Shown: positions 50,665 through 62,949, counted from the first letter of the stretch. The stretch: 64,000 nucleotides of DNA from Vicugna vicugna (GCA_013265495.1 MU058213.1:6898066-6962065); one strand, 5' to 3'. Translations and numbers: made by a program. The notes: a model not told the origin generated them from the sequence alone.

Positions 50665-50795
50665 AGGGTTGCCAGATGTAGCAAATTAAAATACAGACTG
50701 CCACGTATCTGGGATATACTTGTACCAAAAAATTACTCAATGTTTATCTGAAATCCAAATTTAATAGGGCTTCCTGTATTTTATCTGGCAATTTA
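50665..50795 (+). mobile_element. MER53 palindromic MITE (internally deleted)
   Basis: 'agggttgccagatgtagcaaattaaaatacag...tgtttatctgaaatccaaatttaa...cctgtattttatctggcaa'. Confidence 0.85.
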
Positions 50796-52075
50796 GTGCT
50801 TAAGTTCTGGTACTTAAAGATCTTACAATTGTATATTATCCTTTAAGTACTTGGGAAACAAGCAAAGGGCAGGTTAGAAGTGAAATGTTTAGATTACTGC
50901 CTTCATCCTTCACTTTATTTTGGGCATAGGGCAGAAAGTTTCCACTGTCACTCTGGATGTCCTTGGGACACCATGACATGCAATCAACGTCACCTGTGTT
51001 GGCGGATAATTCAGCAGCTGTGATGCTCTTGTTTATAGTACCTTCAGTTCCACCGACATTTTTACTTGACTAATTCACTGTCTCATACCAGGCAGGGGTG
51101 GGGCGGAAATCATTCAAACGCAATGCGACTTCAAAGTTCAGTTACTTGGCTGGAAAACAGCAGATAAATTGATAATTGCAAATGGCCTGAAATCTGAATG
51201 ATTCTTTTTCCACTTCAACTAAATGTATTGAGCACACCCAAATAATTTAAAAGTGCTGAAAATCAGCAGTATTGGGGATTAATGAAAGCAGTATATTCAC
51301 TCTGCTGCATTTATTATTTTTAAATTATAGTTCTCCCACTTGAAGGAATGCAATGAGGTTGAAATGAAGCAATTTTGTTGTTAAATATTGTCATTTAGAA
51401 TGAAATGCATGTGACTCTGGAACTGAAAGAGCACAAGCTGTTGCTGTTTTCTGTTTATCATTAGTTATTTTCAAGTTTACCAAAAAAAAAAAAAAAGAAA
51501 AAAAGTAACAGGGAAGTCCTCTGTCTCAATGATCCCACAGGGGACTAACCAGATTTAGCACAAAAGTTGCTCAAGACCAAGGAGACAGAGATGGGCATTC
51601 AGATCCCGGGCAGCTCCCCTGGGGTCCAGGGCGGTTCTCTCCTGTGGATTGGATGTAACCTAGTCCCTCCAACAACTGAGTGGGGTCGGAGAGGGGAAAC
51701 AGTGGGAAAAGAGAGAGGACTGGACATCGTGATTTTTTTGGGCAAGGCCCTACCCTCACTGAGCTTACTTCCAAGTGGAGGAGACAAACGCAAAAGTGTT
51801 TTATGTCAGATGATAAGAAGCATTATAAAAGGAGAATTGGCTTTTTGGCTGTGTGGCTTTAGGCAAATTACTTATCTTCTCTGAGCTTCATTTCCCTTAT
51901 CTGAAGAATGGAAGATACTATCTGCCATGCAGGGTTCTTGTGAGGATGACAAATGATGTATGCATAGGGCACACAGTTCCTGGGGAAGAGAAGTAGTCAA
52001 TGTAACGGTTTTTACTATTCTTTTTATCATTGTTATTGTTTGCTATGTCTCATTAGAAATGGAAACCAACAAAGG

Positions 52076-52263
52076 CAGAGTTTTCAGATAAAGTATAGGA
52101 TGCCCAGTTAAATTTGCATTCCAGATAAAATACGTTTTTAGCATAGGCATGTCCCACACAATATACAGAACATGCTCATGCGCAAAAACAACCATTCACT
52201 GCTTGCCTGAAATTCAAATTTAATTAGGCATCCCGTGTTTTCCCGCCAAATATGGCAACTCTA
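52076..52263 (-). mobile_element. MER53 palindromic MITE, near full length
   Basis: 'aggatgcccagttaaatttgcattccagataaa...ctgaaattcaaatttaattaggcatcc...atatggcaactcta', self-complementary arms. Confidence 0.85.
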
Positions 52264-52629
52264 AGCAAAAGGTCTTTCCAAGAAGCCTGCTGAAAGTGAA
52301 ATCCTTCTAAGTCAAGTTCTCCTTTCCCATTAATTTTTTTGTCATGTTGATGCTTTCTTAATTTCATTTCATTTTTAAGTCCGTGTGTGACAGCAAATTC
52401 TTTATTAGGAAGATGACGTGGAGGGGGCTAATATCCTCAGGGCAGCCCTATATTTCTTACAGCAGAGTCGGTGTATGTGGGGTCACTAGGAGGGCATCCT
52501 TGTCTGTAAAATGGGGTGTAAAATTACAGTCACCCAGCTTATAGGGCACTGCAGATGGCCTGCATTAAAGTGCATGGGAAACTCAATGTGGAGAATGTGC
52601 ACCACAAAAAAGGGGAAGTTGTTGTTATC

Positions 52630-53030
52630 ATTCACTCATTCATTCAACAAACCTTCATGGAGTTCCTAATGCTATGGCAGGCACTGCTGGGGCACTGGGA
52701 ACACAGCAGTGAGCAGTTCCCAACCTGCTGGCAGGGTCCATATGGCACAGACCCTACCCTCAGAGAGCTCACTTTCTAACAGGGGAGACAAAGCAACAAA
52801 TTAAAATACATAATGTCAGATGATGATAAAATCCTCTGGAAGGCAAAAAAAAGTGCGACAGTGCACTGTTCTTCTCACGAGGGTGGCTGACAAGCGACAG
52901 GTGAGCAGAATCCTTCATGAAATTAGGGACCAAGCCCCACGGGACTCTGGGCAAAGAACATTCTAGCAGGAGGGAACAGCACGGGCAAATACCCGGATGC
53001 AGGCGAGTGCTGACGTGTCGGAGGAAAACC
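52630..53030 (-). mobile_element. L2 3' portion
   Basis: 'ttcactcattcattcaacaaa...ggcaggcactgctggggcactgggaacacagcagtgag'. Confidence 0.8.
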
Positions 53031-55811
53031 GTTATGGATGAGACTGATCAGGAAAACCTAGTTTGGTTTCCACAAGCCAGTTGGCCAGGAAATGCTGGCC
53101 ACACACAGACCTCCAGTTCTCAATTCCTGCCCAGCTGGACCCACTGCCTACAAAGTTCACTCTGATGACCCTGGGCATGTGTCTCAAGGTCTGAGAAAGT
53201 GCCACTTTGGGGCCCTATTCTTAAGAGGAGCAAACACTCTCCCAGCTACTACCACTGCCTTTATCCAGCCCCACTGACAACTGAAAGGTGATGCTCCCAC
53301 AGCCACCTGAATGCTGCACTAAACGTAGGATCTTACAACAGGAAGAGAACTTCCAGCTTTCCTCGTCGTCCAGCTCCACCTTTGCTTTCTACTTCAGCCG
53401 TTTTCCTTCTTAACTTCTCATATCTATCCTTTGTCATATTAAATGATTATCACAAAATTCTGTCCCTGCAAGCATCTAGTCCACAACCTGACCTCCGGTA
53501 TTTGTCCACTGTCTCCACTTCTTCGTCATCATGCGGTGCAGGTAACTTAGTAAGATGACTTTCAGGAGACGTCTAGGTTATTTCAAATCTTTTTTTATAG
53601 CTTGACTAGATTTTTAGTATCTGCAAATTTTTCTTCCCCTAGAGTTCTTGAAAGTGCTTTTACGAATAGAACAGAATTATTTAAAACAATCAAATTCATT
53701 TTTAACATGCCAGCACTGTATTAAAGTGGTTCTTGGCTTCAGTAAATTGTATCTCACACTTAAGTAGTGTAAACATTTCTTTCATTTACATTACTTTCTT
53801 CTATTTTCCTTCTATATAAAGTGTAAAGATCAACTCCAGTAAATTAACCTGTTAGAATGTATTCATTCAATGCTGTGTGGGGCTTCTTATTTTTAAAGTT
53901 CTTTTTATTCTTTTCAGTAAATATTTTATCACTGTGGCAATAAGTAGATTAGATACTAGGATCTTTTTCCTGGTGTTGCTCCCATCAGAATTAAGCCTGA
54001 TACTGTCACAATACTGGGGTAAAAACAGTTCCCTCTGATAGAGCTTCTAAAAGTTTAGCAGGAGCAGCTGAAGATCTGGGAACAATGGTTCCTCGAACTT
54101 TCTGCACAAGGACTTATTTATGCATTATTGATGGCTTTTATCAAGACTTCTGAGCAATTTCCAGTGTTACTGACAACACAAGAGCCCACTAAGGAGAAAA
54201 GACCCATTTAGACTAGAAGTACTCAACATTAATTCCTTTAACCATTTGAGGAGTATACCAAGGTGATGAGTGCACAGTTAAGTTATGGGATTCAGCTGAG
54301 ACATCCTTCAGGGAGGTGAAGCCTCCTCTGCCTTTTGCTATGATTTTTTCCCAAACTCCAATGCTTACCAAGGGTTTCCATTTCCATGAGAAATGGCCAC
54401 CATGTCACATTTCCTTGGCTTGAGATCCTTGGCTACAACTCTATGATTCTCAGATCTGGTTTTAGCACTCAAAATGTAAGTTGTAAAAAATTAGGAAAAA
54501 AAAACCTCACAAAAACCAACCAACCAAACACACACCGACTCTCAGCCTAATCATCTAGGCTCGTTGTATCTAGAAGACCTGGCTTACAGAAAGAGTGCCA
54601 TGTTGCATGTCCACCCTACAGAAGCACTAACTTACAGAAGCACAACTTCCCATGGTAATGATCTACCTTTAAAAAAAGTGTTACCTGAAAGTGGAAGTGC
54701 TCCTGAACAGTTCCTTTTGGAAGATGAATCCCAATTTCCCAGGAGTTCTTTCCATTTCACAACAAAAATAAGATACAGAGCATCCAAATGACATCCCCTC
54801 CCACCCCCCAAATATCCTGGAGAGTAGAACGGAAGCTCATGATAACGCAAACACCATGAAAACATCATGTATTGATTAGTAAGGAAAAATCAAGTTTCCT
54901 CTCCATGCTGTTCAGTTACCCTGCTCTTTTCTTAATAGTTCTACATTCATAAAAGGCCAAAGGACTCTGACCTTGACAAGCTAACTGAGCAGGAAAAGGC
55001 AATCATGTGTACAAGGCTGTCACCCACTCCACAAATTATGATAAAATATACCTCGGCATCAGAAAAAAGAGTTGCATATCTCCAGTGACATCCACAGTAG
55101 TACGTTTAAGGATTTGAATAGAACAGTAATTTATTTTGCACTAACATGTTTTATGGTTATTATCAAGCATTATGTCTTCAGAGACTGAAAGGTGATGTTT
55201 TTATGGACTCCGGCTCCTTCTGCATTATCGTCACAGCTCAGAAATGATCTGCCTCTCTTTTTCTGTAATTCCCCCCTTCTTACTCCCTACTTTTGCCCCA
55301 CATTTAACAAAGCAGCTGTTTTTGTAAAGGAAAAGAGGGGAAAGTAAAATGAATCCGCATTACACAAAGGGCACAAAATGAACAGATTTCCAACCCCGAA
55401 CAGTTTCAAAATGAATGATTATCTGGCTAATTAGTGAAATAAATAATAATAATTGCCTGTCCCTCCTCATTAGAGCCCTTTATAGTAAATGAAACTCCAG
55501 TGCAGAGTTCCAGCAGGCTGGTTTCAGAGCACACGACTCAGTTCTGAGTGCGGAAAAAAGAGAGATGACCCTTGCCAAGACGCCCGCACGCCAACCCCTA
55601 AAACAGAAGAATGAGAAAAATGGGGGCTACAGGATCTGCAAGGGAGATATCTGGGGGCAAAGAGGGAATATTTCTGGTTTCCTTCCATGCTTAGCGATTA
55701 TACAATGTTCCAGGCATCCAAAAATGAGAGCCAAGAGCTATGGACACAGACCACAGGGTCCAGAACATAGAAGAAAGGATTCTCACTTATTCAAGGATCA
55801 TCTATGCAGCA

Positions 55812-55990
55812 GTGACCACGTTCTTAAAGTCTGATCTATTCCATCCCCATCATTTACCCGAGGTGCTTGTTCAATCTGTAAGTTTTAGGCTCCTTCCCAG
55901 ACTCATTGACTCAGAAGCTTTGGGGTTGGGCCCAGGGTCTGCATGTTCAACAAGATTTCCAGGTGTTCAGTATGCACATGAAGCAGACCA
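55812..55990. mobile_element. MER5-type MITE
   Basis: 'tacccgaggtgcttgtt...cccagactcattgactcagaa...gggcccagggtctgcatgtt.aacaag..tccaggtg'. Confidence 0.65.
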
Positions 55991-57179
55991 CCTCTGCGAT
56001 AGTCAGTGGGTGGTGAGACTGGGCAATGCTGGGAAATAAAGTACGTTAACTGCCTTGTGGGGAAGATGCTGTAGCAGGCAATCTCACTGGGCCACCCTCT
56101 GGTAGAGATTTTTCCTGTGGTTCAGCCACAACATCCTCTCACCAGGGCTCCTCTCTATACCAGCCTTGCCACAACATCTGAAATTAGCAAAGAACCTCAT
56201 TGCTGTTCTGCGTCTGGAACCAGCCCAGCCAAACCTATTACTCAACCCTGAAAGCATTTGATTGGCTTCTAATGAGGCAGCAGATCAGCTTTTAGGGGTC
56301 TGTTCTCAGTGTGATGTATGAATGGAGCTCCCATTAATGTTAATCGGTGGGGAGTTCCCACTGCTCAGGCAACTGTATTGTAAAGCTCTTGCTACTTGAT
56401 GCTCAGATCATCTTTTTTCTGTGTTTTGAAGTCCATCGGTGTTCAGGCACTAGCAGGAAATGTGAATAAAAAGACTGTCATTTAACCTTCTCCCATTTTC
56501 TGAATAAACCTCCTTTCAAGACTCTCTGAGGCCCACATCCATGCTTCCCACCTCCACAGTGACACATCTGACCCCACTGCATTAAGTAATTAACTAATGT
56601 CGCTATAATGTGCTTAGACCTGTTCAGACAGAGTTGTTTCTTGATCTTGAAAACTTATAGTCTAGCCTAGGAGACAGATGGATAACTATCACACCGTGGT
56701 ACGCAAAGGACAGACTCAGAAGGAATCTTGGGTGGAGGTTCAAATGATGAAGAGGAGATGCTAAAGAGAAGAAATGATGGGCAAGAGAAGATGTTTCAAA
56801 GGACAGCATTCCAGCAAGGGAAGGAAAAGCTTACACCACAGCCAACTTAAGCCAACAGCTCCAACTTGTCGGAACCTCCTACAGGAGGCACAGTGCCCAG
56901 GACCCAATCTACTTTTAGGCGCCTGCACAAATGTTTTTGTTCCAATTTACTTTCAAAGCAAAAGCAAAAAAATGAATCCAATTTTAAGGAATATATAATC
57001 ATGAATCTAGCCTGGATTACACTCATCTTTATACTAATGATGTCATAAAATAGAATGCTTAATTTTTTTTAATTGAAGAGGAGGCCCATGAAGGCAAAAA
57101 CATCTAGGGTCCTCAGAAGTCATAATGCCTAAGTCATAAGCCTTGGCTGACACAAAGATACAGGTGAGCAATGAGGTCT

Positions 57180-57380
57180 GGAAGTGCAAGTGATGATGCC
57201 TAGAACACACTGAGCCCTTACCCTGCACAAGGCACTTTCCTAAGAGCCATGCAGGTATTAACTTCTTTACTCCTCATAATCCAATGATGTAGGTACAACT
57301 ACCACCACCCTCATCTTACAGATACAGAAACCAAGGCAGAAAGAGGATCAGTTCCCCAGAGTCACACAGATAATACACTA
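57180..57380 (-). mobile_element. MIR SINE
   Basis: 'gtaggtac...catcttacagatacagaaaccaaggcag...agtcacacag'. Confidence 0.7.
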
Positions 57381-58321
57381 TGCAGTCGTTCAGACAACCA
57401 GGATACCTGTCCAGACCCTGCTCCTGTCGAGTCTGCACACCTAAGCTGTGTGTGTGCGATAATTAATTACTTAATTATCTGTGCTGAAGAGTCCGTTTTC
57501 TTTCCTTCCAATCAGTCACAGGCCAATGCCTTTGTAAAAAAACAAAATGAATTGCTAGAAAAATGAGACACAAAACATAGAAAAGGCAAGCCCAACTTTT
57601 TAAAAATTAAATTCAAGAGGTATAAAACTGTACTTCAAGAGCTGCACTTTGATTTGCAGCCAGGTCAGCTTTATATAATAGTTTCTCAGGGCTCATGCTC
57701 CACTTACGCTTACCTTATCTCAAAGATCTGCAGACCACTGTAGGTCCATGGATCACACATGAAGAGCACGGCTGTGGGTGACCCTGCCAGTAGGAAGAGC
57801 TGCAGTCTGCTGTTTTTTGCAGTAGGGGAGTGGAAGGGAGGCACACAAAGGAGGCTGCCACCTCCCCAGAGTGACAGTGAGAGGCCTTGAGAAGCAGGAG
57901 GACTGGGAGCTCAGAGTGAAGCAGGTGTGTACCTTTAGCAACCATCTCGAGGGTACACTTGATACCAAGCACCCACGTATCACAGGCAGTGCTGAGGGCC
58001 TTGGTGCATGAGCCTCCTGCCCATTAAAGCCTCAAATCGTAGGCTTTTGGTTCACTGCCAACTGAAGTGATACATATATATCATCACCAAAGCATATTCA
58101 CAGGATCACAACAAGATGTTCAATTGTAAATTTTAAATCGGGCCCCATTAATGGTCTACACTCCCTAAGGTACGTTAAGAATTAGTATCTTTAAATTAAT
58201 TCCTCATTTGTCTTAAAGGTCATACAACTGTGTTGCATTATACAATTTTGCATCAAAACCTAATAATTAATACAAACACGATATACGCTACAATTTTTGT
58301 TTCCTTTCTGTATCTTGTTTT

Positions 58322-58388
58322 TTTTAATTTTATTTTTTATTGAAGTGTAGTTGATTTACAATGTTAGTTTCAGGTGTATAGCAAAGTG
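58322..58388 (-). mobile_element. Extremely 5'-truncated L1 (terminal about 50 nt plus poly(A))
   Basis: 'tttattgaagtgtagttgatttacaatgttagtttcaggtgtatagca' is the reverse of the L1 3' terminus seen at 6920-6960; 24-bp TSD with 1 mismatch (58298-58321 / 58389-58412). Confidence 0.85.
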
Positions 58389-58609
58389 TGTTTACTTTCT
58401 GTATCTTGTTTTATATCATAAGTATATTTTGGGAAAAGTAGGGTTTTGTTAGCACAATATTTTTAAATATCCTAGGGGACAACAGATTGACAAGCAGGCT
58501 GCTTATAGTAAATTCTGTTTCCTTATCTCTAAAATGAAAATGATCACTTAGATGTAAAAGACTTTGAAAACCTTCAAGTGTTGTTTTTTAAGCTCTTGGT
58601 TACTGGTAG

Positions 58610-59000
58610 TGTTTAAAAAATGAGACAACAGGCTTCAAAACGGAGTCACTTACGCTAAGTCCCATGTTACCAAACCAAGAATTAACTTAATTACAGTTTT
58701 GACTCTCCCAGAAATAGAATCTTAAACCAGTCAATCAGGAATTGACTAATCAGCACTTGTTAGTTCATCTACCTGACAGACCGCTGTCAACCCTGAAAGG
58801 AAAGTAACTGTGTGATAATCAACCTGCTCTTCATCTCCTATAACTTCCTTGTTCCCGTTCTCATCCACCTATTTAAAGTCTTTCATTTTATCCAGCTCCA
58901 ACGAGCTCCTATCTCCAAGATGGACCGCTGCCTGATGCTAATCAATTTTGTTCAAATAAACTCTTAAAATGTTTATTATGCCTCAGTCTATTTTTTAACA
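58610..59000 (+). repeat. ERV 5' LTR
   Basis: TG...CA, 391 bp, alignable to 63124-63506, AATAAA near 58955. Confidence 0.9.
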
Positions 59001-59004
59001 GTTC

Positions 59005-59022
59005 TGGTGTCAGAAGAGAGAA
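59005..59022 (+). other. Primer binding site, tRNA-Leu(CAA)-like
   Basis: TGGTGTCAGAAG matches the complement of the recalled tRNA-Leu(CAA) 3' end (TGGTGTCAGAAGTGGGAT), 4 nt after the LTR. Confidence 0.75.
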
Positions 59023-59379
59023 CTGAAGAGGACCCCCGACATTCCCTGGGAGCAACGAGCAATAGGGCATGAGCACCTGGGATCCCCTTGAGCTCGCTGC
59101 CTCTGGAGGTGTGGGTAAGCCCCTCTTGGATCCTAGGTCCCAACGTTTTGCATTATGAGCTTGCAGACATTATTTTAGCATTTCTTTTTCCAGACTGGGT
59201 CCAGAAATTGGCTGGACTCAGACCGATTCTGACTTAAACCAGTTTCTGAGGTTGGACTGGTCTGACTTAGAAACCAGACTGGGTCCAGGGTCAGACTGAG
59301 TCTGACTTTTAAGCTGGACTAGGTCCAGTGTGAGGCCTCGGGTGAATAAAATTTTGTTTTAAGGCTGAACAAGTAAGTT

Positions 59380-59475
59380 AACCTTACCAAAGATAATCTT
59401 GAATTACAATGGTCACAGTGGAGAACTTTAAACTTAGGTAAGCTTATCCATTTATGAGGTGCCCAAGAGAAAAAG
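59380..59475 (+). pseudogene. gag: gag matrix remnant
   Basis: Translates NLTKDNLELQWSQWRTLNLGKLIHL*GA, resembling class I ERV matrix (TKD..LxWPxWG..KL..L). Confidence 0.6.
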
Positions 59476-61368
59476 GAGTCTCAGCCAAGCACTTCCCATG
59501 AAGAGCACAGAGAAAATTACTCTTCCTCCTCTATAGTTTCTGGTGACTAGGATGAGACCTGCTGGGACGCCCACTCTCCCCAGACTTGCAGATGGGATCC
59601 TGGGAAAACGAGCAGAAGCCAGCAAAGGGTAAGAACTCACACCAAAGTCAGTCCTCCCAGATCTATCTACAGGGCCTGAGAGAGGATGATAAAATTTCGT
59701 GTTGTTCCTTTCTTTCGAAATCAGATTGGCAGGCAAAAAATATAAAAATTAGATTTTTAAATTATGACTCATAAGTGTGCTTTTGGGTACCCATTGGTTG
59801 TTGATCCGTTCTCTCCTAGGGACAGTGTTGGCCCTTGTTTGACTTCTTTTATGTCCTGAGAACTTGGCTTGACAGCCGTCACTCTGGGGCCCCTAAAAAT
59901 ATGGCTGAACAGAAATGTGGGTTGTACTCTATTCGTGGTAGTGTCCTACAGACTGCTGGCAACTCTCAGAGGAATTATCTAAATCTTCCTTTCTTTTAGT
60001 TATCTTGGGAATTGCTCTGGATCTTGAGAATGTATTATCTTTTGCACCCGATTTGAGGACTCCTCTTATGTTCATGAAATTGTTCAGTACTGCCAGGAAT
60101 ACTTCTACTTGTCCTGGCTGAAACCTGACAAGATATTCAAAAGGATTTTTTTTTTTAAGTAACTCTATGGTCAGAAGTTGGCCAAACAGGAAGCTGATAT
60201 TTAGAACCTAAAAGGAATTTTTGTTTAAGCCTTCTCCTCTAACCTAAAATGAAGCTGCGTACCCAAGTGAAAACATTCTGAAGCCTTTTGTGGGAGGATT
60301 TACTTAAACATTCCAAAGACACATAGCTTGAAATCTAGAACACAGGAATCTTATGACTGCCATCTTAGTTGAAGATAAAATGCTGAAACATCAATTAATG
60401 AACATAGGTTTATATACATTTGGTTTCCTTTTACAGAGGAATTAAAGATATTTGGGTCTGTTAGTAAATGTGTTTTGGGCCAAAATGGAAAATTTACTAA
60501 TAGGAAGAATATGCTTCCAGAAATTATGAAATGTATTTATAAATTTGTCATTCCATGGAATGCTAGTTTAATAGACAGTCCACAACTGTTTATTTCTTAG
60601 TTTTCACTAGGAATAAAGAATCCTAAGGATTCAAAATTTTAATCAATACACGTAATTAAAATTTTGAGTCTGATCAAAATTATCATGTGTCACATCATCT
60701 TTATCAGGTCTTTGAGTGCTCAAGAAAACCGTCTTCTTAGTATTAAAAGAGATAACTTTTGTTCAGAACTATATAACCCTCTGTATTTGCCTTTAAAATT
60801 TAAAAACCAAAATGTAATTTGGTTAAACAGATAATTCAGTATTATTTCAGAATAATCCATGATCGTAGTTGGTCAAATATTCAAACTTTTTGGCTTTTTG
60901 ACAAATTCGCAAAGCCAAATTCTAAAAAGAATCTTTTTGACCTCAAAGTAACTTTGCGATTTCCCAAAGAATCCCTAGAAAATCTCAAAAGAATTGTCTC
61001 TCACCTTGTAAAAGAAAGATGTTAAACCAATTAGGTGTATTCAGTATGTTAAATTACATGGGAAGCACTGTCAAATACGTGACAATAAACCCTTTTAAGT
61101 TTTATTTATCTGGATGCATGTTATTAAAAACAGAGTTCTAGAAATTGTAGAAAATTCCTAAAAATCTGGTATGTCCTGGAATGTTATCAGTCATAATTCC
61201 AGTTATTATTTTAAAATGTTGTATGTGAGAGAAGCCACCAAATTTCCTTATCAATTCCATTATAATGAACTCTGATCAGAACTTTAATCATGGGCATGTT
61301 TAAATCTTCTGTCATTTACAGACAGTTAATATCTTACTCTGATGCTTTCACAAAAGTGAGATTCACAG

Positions 61369-61506
61369 AAAGGACCCTATCATGTACTCTTGACCACTGA
61401 CACCACTGCCAAATTTCAAGATGCTGAAACTGAGTTGTATTTTTCAAAAACTGAAGAAAGCTCCACCTGATATCTGTTCCTATGCAAACACTGGAGAACT
61501 CAAAGA
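61369..61506 (+). pseudogene. pol: Integrase C-terminal (GPY/F module) remnant
   Basis: KGPYHVLLTTDTTAKF... then LKKAPPD...TGELK, as at the end of gamma-type integrase; no RT or RNase H recognised upstream. Confidence 0.75.
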
Positions 61507-61516
61507 CAAATTAACT

Positions 61517-61808
61517 TACTTACAAAACAGACCACAGACTCATGTACACAGAAAACAAACTTAATGGTTATCAGTGGGGGAAGAGGGTAAAAGGGGATAA
61601 ATCAGAAGTTTGAGACTTGCAGATACTAACTACAACATATAACATAGATAAACAACAAGCACAGGGAACTACATTCAGTATCTTGTAGTAATGTATAATG
61701 AAAAAGAATTATCAAAACAAATATATATATATATGACTGAAACATGATGCTGTACACCAGAAACTGACACAATATTGTAAACTGACTATACTTCAATTAA
61801 AAAAAAAT
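61517..61808 (+). mobile_element. 5'-truncated L1 nested in the ERV at the pol/env junction
   Basis: Same 3' UTR family as 6632-6983; A-tail; TSD CAAATTAACT (61507-61516 / 61809-61818). Confidence 0.9.
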
Positions 61809-61939
61809 CAAATTAACTAGGAAGAGAAGTAGTTGACATCAAGGTAAACTGCTTCCTCCCAAGACATTAAATCAGGAACATTTCTTTCCATTCCTCTTTC
61901 CCTCTCTGATCATCCTCTTCCTAATTTTTAAGCACGAAG

Positions 61940-62900
61940 GTCCTCATGATTCTTCTTTTGTCTTGCTCTGGCCTGGAAAGAGAATGCCATTGTTTACATA
62001 TCCTAGGCCACTGCAAGGAGGAGTAATCCACCTGCAATAACTGTTGGATTTGCCACACTGCTGGTCACCATGCAGGTCAGCCCATCACAAACTTCTCCCT
62101 GATTTCCAGTGCCTCACTTTCTCTGGAACAACCTCAGCTCCCTCTATGGTGTCGGACTCCCTAACCCTGTGGCTCCATTTCCTGCCTCTGATGAACAACC
62201 ACAAACCCAAGGAAACTTGCATCCAGGCTCTGTACCAGAAAAGGGCACAGGCAAGGGCGACTACAATAAAACCACTTGTGCAGTCTACAGACACTTACTT
62301 TTTACTGGCCTCCATGGCTGTCACCTTTCCAGTCCTGAGCAACAGACTCAAACGGGATTACCAGGAGGCATTCATGATTCAAAATTAGCTTCCTGTGGCC
62401 GATCCCTACTGCCCCGGCTAAGAGTAAGTGCAAACAAGGCTATGATCAGGAATCTCTCCTTAACTCTTGAAGATACTGTAGAATCTGCTGCTAAAACAAT
62501 AGCTACCCAAGAAACGACCCCTAGATTCTCTGGCCAAAGTGGTTCCTGATAAGAGGCTAACCCTAGATTGTCTTTTAGGTGAGCAAGGAGGTGCTTATGC
62601 TGCGGCCAACACCACCACTTGCTGTACTTGGATGGACACTTCCAGGGAAGTTGAGATTCAGCTATGTTAGATCACTGAACAAGCCATTCGGCTTAAAAAA
62701 GTAACTCCTTTAATGGAGGTCTGTCTTTGACTTCTTTGATTCTGATTGGTTTGGGTCCTGGGGACCATGGCTCCAAAGTATACTCCAGACACTGGGAATT
62801 ATCCTGCTTGTAATAATCAACGTAGTTTCCCTGGTGTGCTGCACTCTCTCAGAAGCTTTAAATGCATATTCACAGCTGCTAACCAAGCAAATGCCTAGAC
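61940..62900 (+). pseudogene. env: Gamma-type env remnant (shortened SU, near-complete TM)
   Basis: CWIC at 62042-62053, RLKR furin site at 62344-62355, heptad IRNLSLTL, ISD-like LDSLAKVVPDKRLTLDCLLGEQGGAYAAANTTTCCTW from 62521, TM anchor WLQSILQTLGIILLVIINVVSLVCC; stops and frameshifts present. Confidence 0.9.
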
Positions 62901-62949
62901 TATCAGAAAAGAGAACGACTGACGTAAAGAATGTTAACCCATCATTGTG

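Noticed and set aside
62044..62549. Intact domesticated env (syncytin-like) gene
   Set aside because: SU largely deleted, frameshifts after the furin site and before the ISD, in-frame stop, and mutated cysteine loop
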